From assembly GCA_028826165.1 (NCBI GenBank), contig JAPDFW010000083.1:186001-250000 (forward strand): a stretch of 64,000 bases of DNA, read 5' to 3'. Each line of letters starts with the position of its first letter. The first letter of the stretch is position 1. Under the pieces are notes generated by a model that was not told the DNA's origin, did no database searches, and saw only the letters and a list, made by a program, of their open reading frames with translations. Position numbers and translations under genes: made by a program. Shown here piece by piece: positions 14,497 through 27,878 of this stretch. The stretch comes from Anaeramoeba ignava BMAN. Its lineage: Eukaryota > Protista > Anaeramoebae.

Positions 14497-14661
14497 TTTA
14501 GATCTAAGTTTTTAAAAAAGAAAAAGAAAAATGAAAAATGAAAAAAAAATGAAAAAAATTATTTTTTTTTGCCTGAATAAAAAACAAAACAAAAACAAAA
14601 ACAAAAACAAAAACAAAAACAAAAACAAAAACAAAAACAAAAACAAAAACAAAAACAAAAA

Positions 14662-14703
14662 CATTTTTCATTTTTTTCATTTTTTTCATTTTTTTTTTCA
14701 TTA
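14662..14703 (+). promoter_or_regulatory. Tandem TTTTCATT initiator-like motifs upstream of the FIG4 ATG, in a ~207-bp bidirectional promoter shared with the AIG1-like gene
   Basis: Repeated ttttcatt directly before the ATG at 14704. Mirror-image aatgaaaa copies at 14530-14555 serve the minus-strand gene, and the two sets are separated by (AAAAAC)n. Confidence 0.45.
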
Positions 14704-17700
14704 ATGTTAAATTATTCTTTACCTCCTGTTCCAAATTCTCTCACAAAATTCGATTTATATTCAACATCAGAAAAATTTTATATTGTTGGTTATGATAAAT
14801 CTAAAACTAAATATCAATTTTTAAAGATTGATAGACAAAAAAATTCTGAAGATCCTTTAAATATTGTTGAAGATAAAACTCTTTATACAAAACAAGAAGC
14901 TTATACTGTTTTATCATGGGTTTCTCAAGGAAATAAATCTTCATTTAAAAAAGTGATGGATTTTTGCGCAATTATTGGTGATTTTCCTTTTTATTTATTT
15001 AAATGAAAAAAAAAAGAATAAAAAATTTTTTTATAATTTTTTGGATAATTTTTTTTACAGGTTTTATAAGTTTATTAGAAGGTTATTATCTCATGGTTAT
15101 TAGAAAGTAAATTTAATTATTAAAATTAAAATTCATTTATAAAATTAAAATTAAAATTAAAATTAAAATTAAAATTAAAATTCATTTAAAATTAAAATTA
15201 AAATTAAAATTAAAATTAAAATTAAAATTAAAATTAAAATTAAAATCAAAAATTAAAATTAAAATTAAAATTAAAATTAAAATTAAAATTAAAATTAAAA
15301 TTAAAATTAAAATTAAAATTAAAATTAAAATTAAAATTAAATTTAAAATTAAAATTAAAATTCAAAATTCTTAGACGTAAAAAAGTTGGTTCTATTGGTG
15401 GACATAATATCTATACAATTAAAGAAATAGCAGATATACCACTTTTTCCAGACAATTTACCAACAATTAATAAAAATGAATCAAAATACAAATCAATACT
15501 TGCGATGCTTGATTTAACAAAAGGATTTTTCTTTTCATATTCATTTGATCTTTCAAACACACTCCAATTTAATATGAATAAAAATAATCACGTTAAAGAA
15601 GAACAAGAAGAACAAAATAATCAAGAATATTCAGGATTTCAAGAATCAAAAAAATGTGAAATGTTTATTTGGAATAGCTTTTTATTAAAGCCTTATTTTA
15701 AATTTGTTAAAAATTGGAAATGGGTTGTTCCATTAATTTATGGTTCTTTTCAACATCATCATATCCTTTATTCAAAATGATTATTTATATTTTTTAATTT
15801 TATTTGGTTTTTTATTTATTTATTTATTTAATTAATTTTCTTTGACTTTTTGATTTTCTTTATTTTTATTTTTATTTTTACGTCTTTCTTTTGTTGGAAG
15901 ACCAATTGATTTGATTTTAATTGCGAGAAGATCTCAATTTTATGCTGGAACTAGATTTTTGAAAAGAGGTGCAAATGAATTAGGACATGCAGCAAATCAT
16001 GTTGAAGTTGAACAAATTGTTTTAGATGCCTCTTCTATTTCTCAATTAACTGGTTTGAATATTGAATTGAATTGAATTAAATATTAAATTGAATATTAAA
16101 TTGAATATTAAATTAAATATTAAATTGAATATTGAATATTGAATATTAAATTGAATATTGAATTGAATATTGAATTGAATTAAATTGAACATTGAATTGA
16201 TTTGATTAAATTGAATATTGAATTGAATTGAATATTAAATTGAATATTAAATTAAATATTGAATTGAATTGAATATTAAATTGAATATTGAATATTAATT
16301 TGAATATTTAATTGGATTTGATATATTTTTTTTATTAGGTGATTTTACTTCGGTTGTTCAAATAAGAGGTTCTATTCCTTTATTTTGGTCACAAGATTTT
16401 AGTGTTTTATCACCAAAACCTGCAATTTTTGGTAATAAAATAAAAATAAAAGATAAAAATAAAAAATTAAATTAAAATAAAAATAAAAAATAATTAGTTA
16501 CAAGATGGGATCCATATTATTTAGCAGCAAAAAGACATTTCGCAAATTTATTTACTCGGCATGGAGAACCAGTTGTAGTTCTAAATTTAATTAAACAACA
16601 AGAAAAAAATCCAAGAGAATCCATTTTAGGAAAAGAATTTGAGAAAGCAATAGAACATTTAAATCAGTCACTAACCAAAGAATTTGAAATTGATTATATT
16701 GCAAAAGATATTTCAAATTTTCAGAAAAATAACAAATCAGGTATCCGAAAAATTTTAGCTGAAATTTCAGATCAAGTTGTTCAAAAAATTGGATTTTTTC
16801 ACAGTGCAAAACAATTACAAAATGATGAACAATATGATTGCAGATTGCAAACAGGTGTTCTTAGGAGTAATTGTATTGATAGTTTAGATAGGACTAATGT
16901 TGCTCAATTTTTTTATGGTTGGGTTGCACTTGGTTATCAATTACATTCATTAAGTACACTAATAATTTTTGAAAACTCAAAATATTCAAAAATATTTAAA
17001 AAATAATATTTAAAAAAATATTTAAAATAATATTTAAAAAAATATTTAAAATAATATTCAAAATAATATTTAAAATAATATTTAAAATAATATTTAAAAA
17101 TATTTAAAAATAATATTTAAAAAAATATTCAAAATAATATTTAAAATAATATTCAAAATAATATTCAAAAATAATATTTAAAAAATATTTCAAAAATATT
17201 TAAAATAATATTTAAAAAAAATATTTAAAAATATTTAAAAAATATTTAAAAATAATATTTAAAATAATATTTAAAAAAATATTTAAAAAATATTTAAAAA
17301 TATTCAAAAATATTTAAAAATAATATTTAAAAATATTTAAAAAAATATTCAAAAAAATATTAAAAATATTTAAAAATATTTTAAAAAATATTTAAAATAA
17401 TATTCAAAAATATCCAAAAATATTTAAAAAAAATATTTAAAAATATTTAAAAATATTTAAAAATATTCAAAAATATTTAAAAATATTCAAAAATATTCAA
17501 AAAAATATTCAAAAATATTTAAAAAATAATATTTAAAAATAATATTTAAAAAAATATTTAAAAATATTTAAAATAATATTTAAAATAATATTTAAAATAA
17601 TATTTAAAAATATTTAAAATAATATTTAAAAATATTTAAAAATAAAAATATTTAAAAATATTCAAAAATATTTAAAAATATTTCAAAAATATTCAAAAAA

Positions 17701-19501
17701 TTTAAAAATTTCAAAAAAAATATTCAAAAATATTTAAAAAAATATTCAAAATAATATTTAAAATAATATTTAAAATAATATTCAAAATAATATTCAAAAT
17801 AATATTTAAAAAATATTTAAAAAAATATTCAAAATAAAAAGAGGTTTCAAATTCAACCTATGTCGCTTTGGATACATATATAGTTAAATTATTAACAGAA
17901 ATGTATGGAAAACTTGGTGATGAACTTTCACTTCAATATGGAGGTTCTTCTGCTTTAAAAAGAATTGAAACTTACACAAAAGTAATCAAAACATTTTATA
18001 ATCAAAACAAATTTTTTATTTAAAAAAGATTTCATTATTTTTAAATTTATTTAAATTTATTTAAATTTAGGGAAAAGTAATTTATTTTCTTTTATTGAAT
18101 TGATTTAAATTTTGATCAATTTAGAATGAAAACAATAAAAACGAATAAACAATATAAATTTTAGGGAAAATCTAAAGAACTTATTAAATTGATTAAAAGA
18201 TATTATAACAATAATTTTACAGATTTTACAAAACAAAATGCAATCAATTTATTTTTGGGAAATTTTCATCCTAAAACTTCCAAAACTGAAATTTGGAATT
18301 TACCAACAGATTATTCTTTACATCATCGAGTTCAATCTGTAGAAGAATCATTAATTCAAGAGTAGATTAAAAAAAATTTCCAAATTTTCTAAAATTAAAA
18401 ATTAAATTAAATTAAATTAAAAAATCAAAAAAAAAAATAATTTTAATATTAAATGAAAGTCCACCAGATTTATGGGAAAGTTCAATTAAAAAATTTATCG
18501 AAAATAACTATAATGGTCGTTGTTTAACAGCCAATTCTTTTACTCAAGATCTTCGAGATCAAGAAAATTGGAAACCGTTATACATAATTGAAGAAAAAGA
18601 TAGATTTGATAAATTATATGAAAGATTACATGAAAAATCAAATCAAAATTCAAATGAAAAATTAAATGAAAAATTAAATGAAAATCCAAATGAAAATTCA
18701 AATGAAAATTCAAATGAAAATTCAAATGAAAAATTAAATGAAAATTCAAATGAAAATTCAAATGAAAATTTAAATCAAAATCCAAATCAAAATCCAAATC
18801 AAAATCCAAATCAAAATTCAAATCAAAATCCAAAAAGTGATAATGAAATTGAAATTGATTTGAAATCAGACAAATTTGAAGAACCATTACAAACAAATAA
18901 CGATTGTTATTGGAATGAAAACTATTCAACTCATCGACTTAGTTCATTTTCCAAAATTCTTCAAGAACCTTTTTATTTTGCAAAAGAAGACAGAATTGAT
19001 AGAAGTTCTGAAGAAAAATCATCCAATGTTGTTGATTATTTAATGACTTTTTCAAGAAAAGCTCAACAAGATCCACTTGATGGGAAAAAAAAAATTGCAA
19101 ATGAAATGAAAGTTGGAAAAGGAAATTTAACAAAGAATCGGTCATTGATAAGAGAACCATCAGAAATTGGACCATCTTTAAGTAAATCAACATCACTTTC
19201 TTCAGTTAGTCATCAACCATCTTTAAATCTTTCTCAAATTCCTATTGAAAATCCTCTTCAAGAATATGACAATTCAAATATTCAAATTTCTCAAATTGAA
19301 CAGAATCCTTATGGAATTAACTTGAAAATTCCTGAAAGTGATATGAAATTATATAATGATTATTCTCATATTGATATGTTTGTTGATACAAAAATCAATA
19401 AACCGAGTTTTGACCAAAAGAGATTAAATCCTCCTATTATTCTTCCAAATGATCGAAATTTAAAAATTTATCAAAAATATGCTTTTACTGAAAAAAATTG
19501 A
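14704..19501 (+). CDS. FIG4: Polyphosphoinositide phosphatase FIG4/SAC3, multi-exon
   Basis: Spliced exons give [54 protein letters not shown], the catalytic [26 protein letters not shown] and [21 protein letters not shown]. Confidence 0.93.
15761..15881 (+). other. U12-type (minor spliceosome) AT-AC intron in FIG4
   Basis: The 5' end is ATATCCTTT, there is a branch-like TTTCTTTGAC at ~15837-15846, and the 3' end is TTTTAC. Removal restores the frame [24 protein letters not shown]. Confidence 0.9.
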
Positions 19502-19622
19502 AGAACAGAAAAAAAAAAAGAGAAAGCAATTTATTTTCAATTTTTTTTTTCATTTTAAAAGAAAATTTCTTATCATTTCAATTTTCAATTTTCAATTTTC
19601 AATTTTCAATTTGATTTTATTT

Positions 19623-22023
19623 TTATTTTTGATTTTTTAATGGTAAGTGAATTTTATTTATATTTTTATTTAGATTATTATTTATATTTTTATTTATATC
19701 ATTATTTAGATTTTTATTTATATTTTTATTTATATTTTTATTTAGATTTTTATTTATATTTTTATTTAGATTTTTATTTAGATTTTTATTTACATTTTTA
19801 TTTATATTTTTATTTATATTTTTATTTATATTTTTATTTATATTTTTATTTATATTTTTATTTAGATTTTTATTTATATTTTTATTTAGATTTTTATTTA
19901 GATTTTTATTTAGATTTTTATTTAGATTTTTATTTAGATTTTTATTTATATCTTTATTTGTATTTTTATTTATATTTTTATTTATATTTTTATTTATATT
20001 TTTATTTATATTTTTATTTGTATTTTTATTTATATTTTTATTTAGATCTTTATTTGGATTTTTATTTATATTTTTATTTAGATTTTTATTTATATTTTTA
20101 TTTAGATTTTTATTTAGATTTTTATTTACATTTTTATTTGGATTTTTATTTACATTTTTAATTGGATTTTTATTTACATTTTTAATTGGATTTGGAACTG
20201 ATTGATTTTCTCTTTCTTTCAATTTTTCAATCTCTTCTTTATTTTGGATTTCAAAAATTTGATTTTCTACAATTTTATCTCTTAACTGATGATTAAGATT
20301 CTCAATTTTTTTTCTTTCTCTTTCTAATCTTGAAGTGATTGAACGAATTTTGAAATCAAAAGAAATTTTTGTTTCGGTAAATTTTTGCAAAAAATTGTTA
20401 TAATTCTCTTCTTGATTTCCCAATTTTTTTGATTTGGATAAAAATCTTTCTTTGAGATTTGATTCAAGAACCAATTTTTCTTTTGAAAGAGAAGAAATTT
20501 TTTGATTTAAAAGATTAAGAGAATTTTTTTTGGAAATGAGTTCTTTTTTTGCTTGATCAAGTTGATTAAGAGAATCCAAAAAATCTTGTTCGACATTTTG
20601 AAAATTTTGAATATGATTTTCTAAACGAGAAAGTGTTTGAGATTGAAATAAATTGGAATTTCTTGAAATAAAAAATTGGCAAGATTTCAAAGTTTGGAAA
20701 GAAATGGAATTCAATGATAAATCAAGAAACAAAAGGGAATAATTCAACATCAACTCAGTTGCAATTTTAGAAGCAGTTGAATTGGAGAGAAGATTATTTT
20801 TCAAATTCAAATATTTGATATTAGAATTATAAGCGATTAAATCAGATAAATTACAATTTTGATCAGTGATTTTGCAGTTTGCAATATTTAGATGAATAAT
20901 TGAAGTATTTTCAAGTAATCCATTTACTAAGAAATTGGCTCCTTTCATTTCAAGATGATTTCCTTCAAGATCCAATAATTGGAGAGTTTGGTTTGTTTTT
21001 AAGGATTTGCAAAAATTAAGGAAAGAAGAATTTGGATGAATATTATTATTTTTCAAAATCAATGATTTAACATGAATCGAAGCCAAATTTGAAATGCAAG
21101 AATCAAGGATTTTTGAGGAAGAAAAATCAATCATTTTCAACGTTTTATTTTGAGCCAAAGCGCTTGATATCTCCTTGATATCTCCAAGGTTATTTCTGCC
21201 TATTTTGAGCACTTGAAGTGAATTTACTTCGCGGATTAGATTTGCAATAAAAGGGTTTGCATTTGAAGAAATGAAATTTTGTTCCACATTTAAATTCTCC
21301 AACAAAATATTTGCTTTTTGGAAAGCTTGAATGATTCCTTTTGCTAACGAAATGAATCCTTTTGACTGCATTTTGTTGTTTGAAAGATCAATTTGAATTA
21401 AAGGGGAATTCCATTTTCGTTTTTTAAAAGTAGAAGAAATGAGTTTGATTGCTTTTTCATTTAAAGAAGATCGAGTCAATTCAAGTGAAACTAAAACGGA
21501 ATTTTTTTTCAATAACAATTTTTTCAAGGATAATAAAGATTGAGGAGTAAAAATATTTGAGGAAATGTTTAAAAAAGTGATTGAATTGTTTTTGATTATT
21601 GATTCAATTATTTCTTTCATTTCTTTTCTAAATTCGCAATTGCTTAAATTTAAACTATTTATTTTGCTTGATTTCTCGATTAATTTGCAAATTGATTTGG
21701 ATTTCTTAATTGGATTTGTTGAAAAATTGACAGCATAAAAATTCTCTTTTTCAAGAAGAAATTCTGTCACTTTTTCAATTGCTTTTTCTCCAAATAAACA
21801 ATCTTTAATGTTAAAAATCCCATTTTTTGTTCTATTTTGAATGTTTTTGAAAAATTGAGGAAAACGTGGATCATTTTTCAATGTTTTTAGTCCCAAATCC
21901 TTATTCAAAAAAAAAGAGAGAAAACAATTTTATTCCAATTTTTAATTTCAATTTTTAATTTGGATTTGTTTTTACTTCATTTTTTGCTAAAAAAAATGTT
22001 TTTGCTTCTTCTTGTGTAATCAT
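19623..22023 (-). CDS. Leucine-rich repeat (RNI-like) protein with coiled coil and NKN(L/I) repeat tail
   Basis: Repeated LxxLxLxxNxI motifs. Exon 1 MITQEEAKTFFLAKNE is joined by a GT-AG intron to the ORF ending at 19623. Confidence 0.8.
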
Positions 22024-22142
22024 TTTTGAAAAGAAAAAAATGAAAAAGAAAAATTTGGATTTAAAACAAAAAAAGATCACAAAGAAAAGAAAAGAAAAGA
22101 AAAAAAATAAATGACTTTGATTTAAAAAAAATTTTAACAATA

Positions 22143-22307
22143 AAAATTTGAGTTGATGTATTTCGAACCCCTTTTAACCAAGATTAAAAGGAATTTTAAT
22201 TTAAAAATTCCTCAATTTTATCAATAATGAGCATAACCCACTATTTAATAAAATTTTGAATGAGGATTTTCAAATTAAAAATTACAAAATACATCAACTC
22301 AAATTTT
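22143..22307 (-). other. Structured element with a perfect 21-bp terminal inverted repeat (candidate ncRNA or MITE-like element)
   Basis: aaaatttgagttgatgtattt (22143-22163) pairs with aaatacatcaactcaaatttt (22287-22307). Internal hairpin ccttttaa/ttaaaagg (22170-22191) plus further nested stems. Confidence 0.55.
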
Positions 22308-22345
22308 ATTTTTAAAATAATTTTCTATTTATATATACTTTTTTA

Positions 22346-24250
22346 AATAATAAATTTAATTAAATTTTTATTAATAATTTTAAATAGTTTTAATTTATAA
22401 TTTATTTATAATTTATTTTTAAATTTAATTTTATTAATTATTTTATTATTTAATATAAATTAATATTATTAAAAAATTAGATAAAAAATTAATAATAAAT
22501 TTAATCAAATTTTTATTAATAATTTTAAATAGTTTTAATTTATAATTTATTTATAATTTATTTTTAAATTTAATTTATTAATTATTTTATTATTTAGTAT
22601 AAATTAATATTATTAAAAATTAGATAAAAATTAATAATAAATTTAATCAAATTTTTAATAATAATTTTAAATAATTTTAATTTATAATTTATTTATAATT
22701 TATTTTTAAATTTAATTTTATTAAGTATTTTATTATTTAGTATAAATTAATATTATTAAAAATTAGATAAAAATTAATAATAAATTTAATTAAATTTTAA
22801 TAATAATTTTAATTTATAATTTATTTATAATTTATTTATAATTTATTTATAAATTTAATTTTATTAATTATTTTATTATTTAGTATAAATTAATATTATT
22901 AAAAAATTAGATAAAAAATAAATAATAAATTTAATTAAATTTTTAATAATAATTTTAAATAGTTTTAATTTATAATTTATTTATAATTTATTTTTAAATT
23001 TAATTTTATTAATTATTTTATTATTTAAATATAAATTAATATTATTAAAAATTAGATAAAAATTAATAATAAATTTAATTAAATTTTTAATAATAATTTT
23101 AAATAATTTTAATTTATAATTTATTTATAATTTATTTATAATTTATTTATAAATTTAATTTTATTAATTATTTTATTATTTAATATAAATTAATATTATT
23201 AAAAATTAGATAAAAAATTAATAATAAATTTAATTAAATTTTTAATAATAATTTTAAATAGTTTTAATTTATAATTTATTTATAATTTATTTTTAAATTT
23301 AATTTTATTAATTATTTTATTATTTAGTATAAATTAATATTATTAAAAAATTAGATAAAAATTAATAATAAATTTAACCAAATTTTTATTAATAATTTTA
23401 AATAGTTTTAATTTATAATTTATTTATAATTTATTTTTAAATTTAATATTATTAATTATTTTATTATTTAATATAAATTATTATTATTAAAAATTAGATA
23501 AAAAATTAAATAATAAATTTAATCAAATTTTTAATAATAATTTTAAATAGTTTTAATTTATAATTTATTTATAATTTATTTATAAATTTAATTTTATTAA
23601 TTATTTTATTATTTAGTATAAATTAATATTATTAAAAATTAAATAAAAATTAATAATAAATTTAATTAAATTTTTATTAATAATTTTAAATAATTTTAAT
23701 TTATAATTTATTTATAATTTATTTTTAAATTTAATTTTATTAATTATTTTATTATTTAATATAAATTAATATTATTAAAAAATTTGATAAAAAATTAAAT
23801 AATAAATTTAATTAAATTTTTAATAATAATTTTAAATAGTTTTAATTTATAATTTATTTATAATTTATTTTTAAATTTAATTTTATTAATTATTTTATTG
23901 TTTAAATATAAATTAATATTATTAAAAATTAGATAAAAAAATTAATAATAAATTTAATTAAATTTTTAATAATAATTTTAAATAGTTTTAATTTATAATT
24001 TATTTATAATTTTATTTTTAAATTTAATTTATTAAGTATTTTATTATTTAATATAAATTAATATTATTAAAAAATTTGATAAAAAATCAATAATAAATTT
24101 AATTAAATTTTTAATAATAATTTTAAATAGTTTTAATTTATAATTTATTTATAATTTATTTTTAAATTTAATTTTATTAAGTATTTTATTATTAAATATA
24201 AATTATTATTATTAAAAAATTTGATAAAAAATAAATAATAAATTTAATTA
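22346..24250. repeat. Tandem satellite, ~143-bp almost pure-AT unit (block 1, ~13 copies)
   Basis: The marker tagataaaaa recurs at 22478, 22621, 22764, 22908 and onward. Confidence 0.92.
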
Positions 24251-24270
24251 AAGAAAAATAAAATAAACAA

Positions 24271-24384
24271 AAAATTGAGCTAATATATTTGAACATTCTT
24301 TAATTATAAGATAATCCTTCTAGACGAACCCAATTTGAGTTAAAGAGATATAAGGAAATAAGTAAAAATATATTAATAATTTTT
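24271..24384. other. Diverged second copy of the structured element interrupting the satellite
   Basis: aaaattgagctaatatatttgaacattctttaa resembles aaaatttgagttgatgtatttcgaaccccttttaa. taatatattt (24281-24290) pairs with aaatatatta (24366-24375), and there is an inner tctttaa/ttaaaga stem. Confidence 0.45.
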
Positions 24385-24419
24385 AAAATTTTTCTTTATT
24401 TATATTTTGAAATATTTAT

Positions 24420-26160
24420 TTATAATTTATTTTTAAATTTAATTTTATTAATTATTTTATTATTTAATATAAATTAATATTATTAAAAATTAGATAAAAA
24501 TTAATAATAAATTTAATTAAATTTTTATTAATAATTTTAAATAGTTTTTAATTTATAATTTATTTATAATTTATTTTTAAATTTAATTTTATTAATTATT
24601 TTATTATTTAATATAAATTAATATTATTAAAAATTAGATAAAAATTAAATAATAAATTTAATTAAATTTTTATTAATAATTTTAAATAGTTTTAATTTAT
24701 AATTTATTTATAATTTATTTTTAAATTTAATTTTATTAATTATTTTATTATTTAATATAAATTAATATTATTAAAAATTTGATAAAAAATTAATAATAAA
24801 TTTAATTAAATTTTTAATAATAATTTTAAATAATTTTTAATTTATAATTTATTTATAATTTATTTTTAAATTTAATTTTATTAATTATTTTATTATTTAA
24901 TATAAATTAATATTATTAAAAATTTGATAAAAATTAATAATAAATTTAATTAAATTTTTAATAATAATTTTAAATAGTTTTAATTTATAATTTATTTATA
25001 ATTTATTTTTAAATTTAATTTTATTAAGTATTTTATTATTTAATATAAATTAATATTATTAAAAATTAGATAAAAAATTAATAATAAATTTAATTAAATT
25101 TTTATTAATAATTTTAAATAGTTTTAATTTATAATTTATTTATAATTTATTTTTAAATTTAATTTTATTAATTATTTTATTATTTAATATAAATTAATAT
25201 TATTAAAAATTAGATAAAAATTAATAATAAATTTTAATTAAATTTTTAATAATAATTTTAAATAATTTTAATTTATAATTTATTTATAATTTATTTTTAA
25301 ATTTAATTTTATTAATTATTTTATTATTTAATATAAATTAATATTATTAAAAATTTGATAAAAATAAATAATAAATTTAATTAAATTTTTAATAATAATT
25401 TTAAATAGTTTTAATTTATAATTTATTTATAATTTATTTATAATTTAATTTTATTAATTATTTTATTATTTAATATAAATTAATATTATTAAAAATTTGA
25501 TAAAAATAAATAATAAATTTAATTAAATTTTTAATAATAATTTTAAATAATTTTAATTTATAATTTATTTATAATTTATTTTTAAATTTAATTTTATTAA
25601 TTATTTTATTATTTAATATAAATTAATATTATTAAAAATTTGATAAAAAATTAATAATAAATTTAATTAAATTTTTAATAATAATTTTAAATAATTTTAA
25701 TTTATAATTTATTTATAATTTATTTTTAAATTTAATTTTTATTAATTATTTTATTGTTTAGTATAAATTAATATTATTAAAAAATTAGATAAAAATTAAA
25801 TAATAAATTTAATTAAATTTTTAATAATAATTTTAAATAGTTTTAATTTATAATTTATTTATAATTTATTTTTAAATTTAATTTTATTAATTATTTTATT
25901 ATTTAATATAAATTATTATTATTAAAAATTTGATAAAAATTAATAATAATTTTAATTAAATTTTTATTAATAATTTTAAATAGTTTTAATTTATAATTTA
26001 TTTATAATTTATTTTTAAATTTAATTTTATTAATTATTTTATTATTTAATATAAATTATTATTATTAAAAAATTAGATAAAAAATTAATAATAAATTTAA
26101 TTAAATTTTTAATAATAATTTTAAATATTTTTAATTTATATTTTATTTATATTTATTTTT
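24420..26160. repeat. Tandem satellite, same ~143-bp unit (block 2, ~12 copies)
   Basis: Same monomer as block 1. Confidence 0.92.
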
Positions 26161-26331
26161 AAAAATTTAATAAATTTAATTAAATTTTATTTATTTTAAA
26201 TAGTTTTAAATTAAACCGTTAAAAATTATTTTTTTTTTCCTTTTTCATTTTTTTCTTTTTATTTGTTTATTTTATTTTTTATTTTGCTTTTTATTTTTAT
26301 TTTTATTTTTAATTAAAAAAGGAAATATTGA

Positions 26332-27878
26332 ATGACGTTCTTGATCTCAAAAAATGAATTCATTTCAAATTCACAAACCAAAAATGAAAATAATTTAATT
26401 AAAAAAGAATCAAAACAAGAACCAAAAGCAGAAAATAAAACACATATATTTCGACATTTATTACAAAATCATTTATTCAATAACAAATTTTTCAAGAATG
26501 GATTTATAAAGAAAATGTCATTCAAAAACGAACTTCACACAATTCCAAACACAACAAAAAATCCACAAAAAAAAGAAGTTCTAAATTCAAATTTTTCTGG
26601 AATTAGAGATTTAAGTCAAAATATAAATCAAAATTTAAGTCAAAATTTAAATCAAAATTTAAATCAAAATATAAATCCAAATTCAAATCAAATGAGAATA
26701 AGAAATTCCAATAGAAACTCAAATAAATTAATCAATCAAAAATCATTGAATGGGCATTTAATTTCCAAACAAAATTTCAAGAGAAATATCAAGCGTAGAT
26801 TTCAAATCATTCGGGCATTCAGTGAATTAAAGAAAATATGGAAAACAAAGCAAGAAAATGGAATCAACATTAAATCAAATATAAATCAAAATATAAATCA
26901 AAATCAAAATATAAATCAAAATATAAATTTAAATCAAAATTCGAATATAAATCAAAATATAAATTTAAATCAAAATATAAATTTAAATCAAAATATAAAT
27001 CCAAAACAAAATCAAACATTTTTCTTCGACTCTTGTGTTTCTATGAGACCACATCCTCTAAAGCCCAATGGAGGAGAAGACGCTTATTATATTTCAACAT
27101 ATTCTATTGGAATTTCTGATGGAGTTGGAGGATGGAGATTTACTCAAGGAGCTCAACCCGCAGAATATGCGCGGTTGCTTATGCATTACTCAATGAAAAT
27201 TGCAGTCAAAAAGCTTCCGCAACCACAGGCAATACTTCAATATGCATATGATAAGGTTATACAGTCACCAGTCATTGGCGGAGCTACAGCAATCATCGCC
27301 ACTTTAGTCACTGAAAAATCAAATTCTAATTTGAATGACTATCAGAAAAATCATGAAGAATCACAAGAAGATTTTGTTCAGAAAAGTCCGCGTCCGTTTA
27401 ATGCTTTGGAGAGGCCTGTTTGTAAACTGCTATTGACAAATTTGGGAGACTCAAGATTGACAGTTTTTAGAAATCAAAAGTTGTTTTTAAATCAAATGAA
27501 CAGCAACACTATTTCAACGTTCCATTCCAACTTGGAACAACAAGTCCTGACAAGCCAAGTGATGCACAAATTTATGAGGTCTTCGTTTTTGAAGACGATA
27601 TTGTTATTATGGGTTCTGATGGTGTTTTTGATAATGTCTTCGATTATGAAATTGGAGAAATTGTTTATCAAGTTTTTCGTTTTTATAACAAAGAAAAACA
27701 TCAAGCTTTGCAATTAATTGCTGATAATATCACGTCTTTGGCAATTAAACATGGAAATGATCCTGATTTTGAATCTCCTTTTAGTCTTAATGCAAGAAAT
27801 TTTGGATTTTATCATAAAGGTGGAAAATTGGATGATTGTTCTGTAATTGTTTGTCGAATTTGTTTTGAGAATATTTAA
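26332..27878 (+). CDS. Protein phosphatase 2C, PTC7/PPTC7-like
   Basis: GGEDA, DGVGGW, NLGDS, SDGVFDN and GGKLDD motifs. One frameshift near 27485 (T run) joins ORFs 26332-27717 and 27609-27878. Confidence 0.88.

Noticed and set aside
22155-22175. GGTTCGAAA on the minus strand as a tRNA T-loop
   Set aside because: No T-stem pairing or cloverleaf can be built; kept only as a B-box-like motif.
22232-22242. ATAACCCAC as a telomerase RNA template
   Set aside because: It does not contain the ~1.5 repeat copies a template requires.
22346-26160. CRISPR-like array
   Set aside because: Monomers are contiguous with no unique spacers, there are no cas genes, and the context is eukaryotic.
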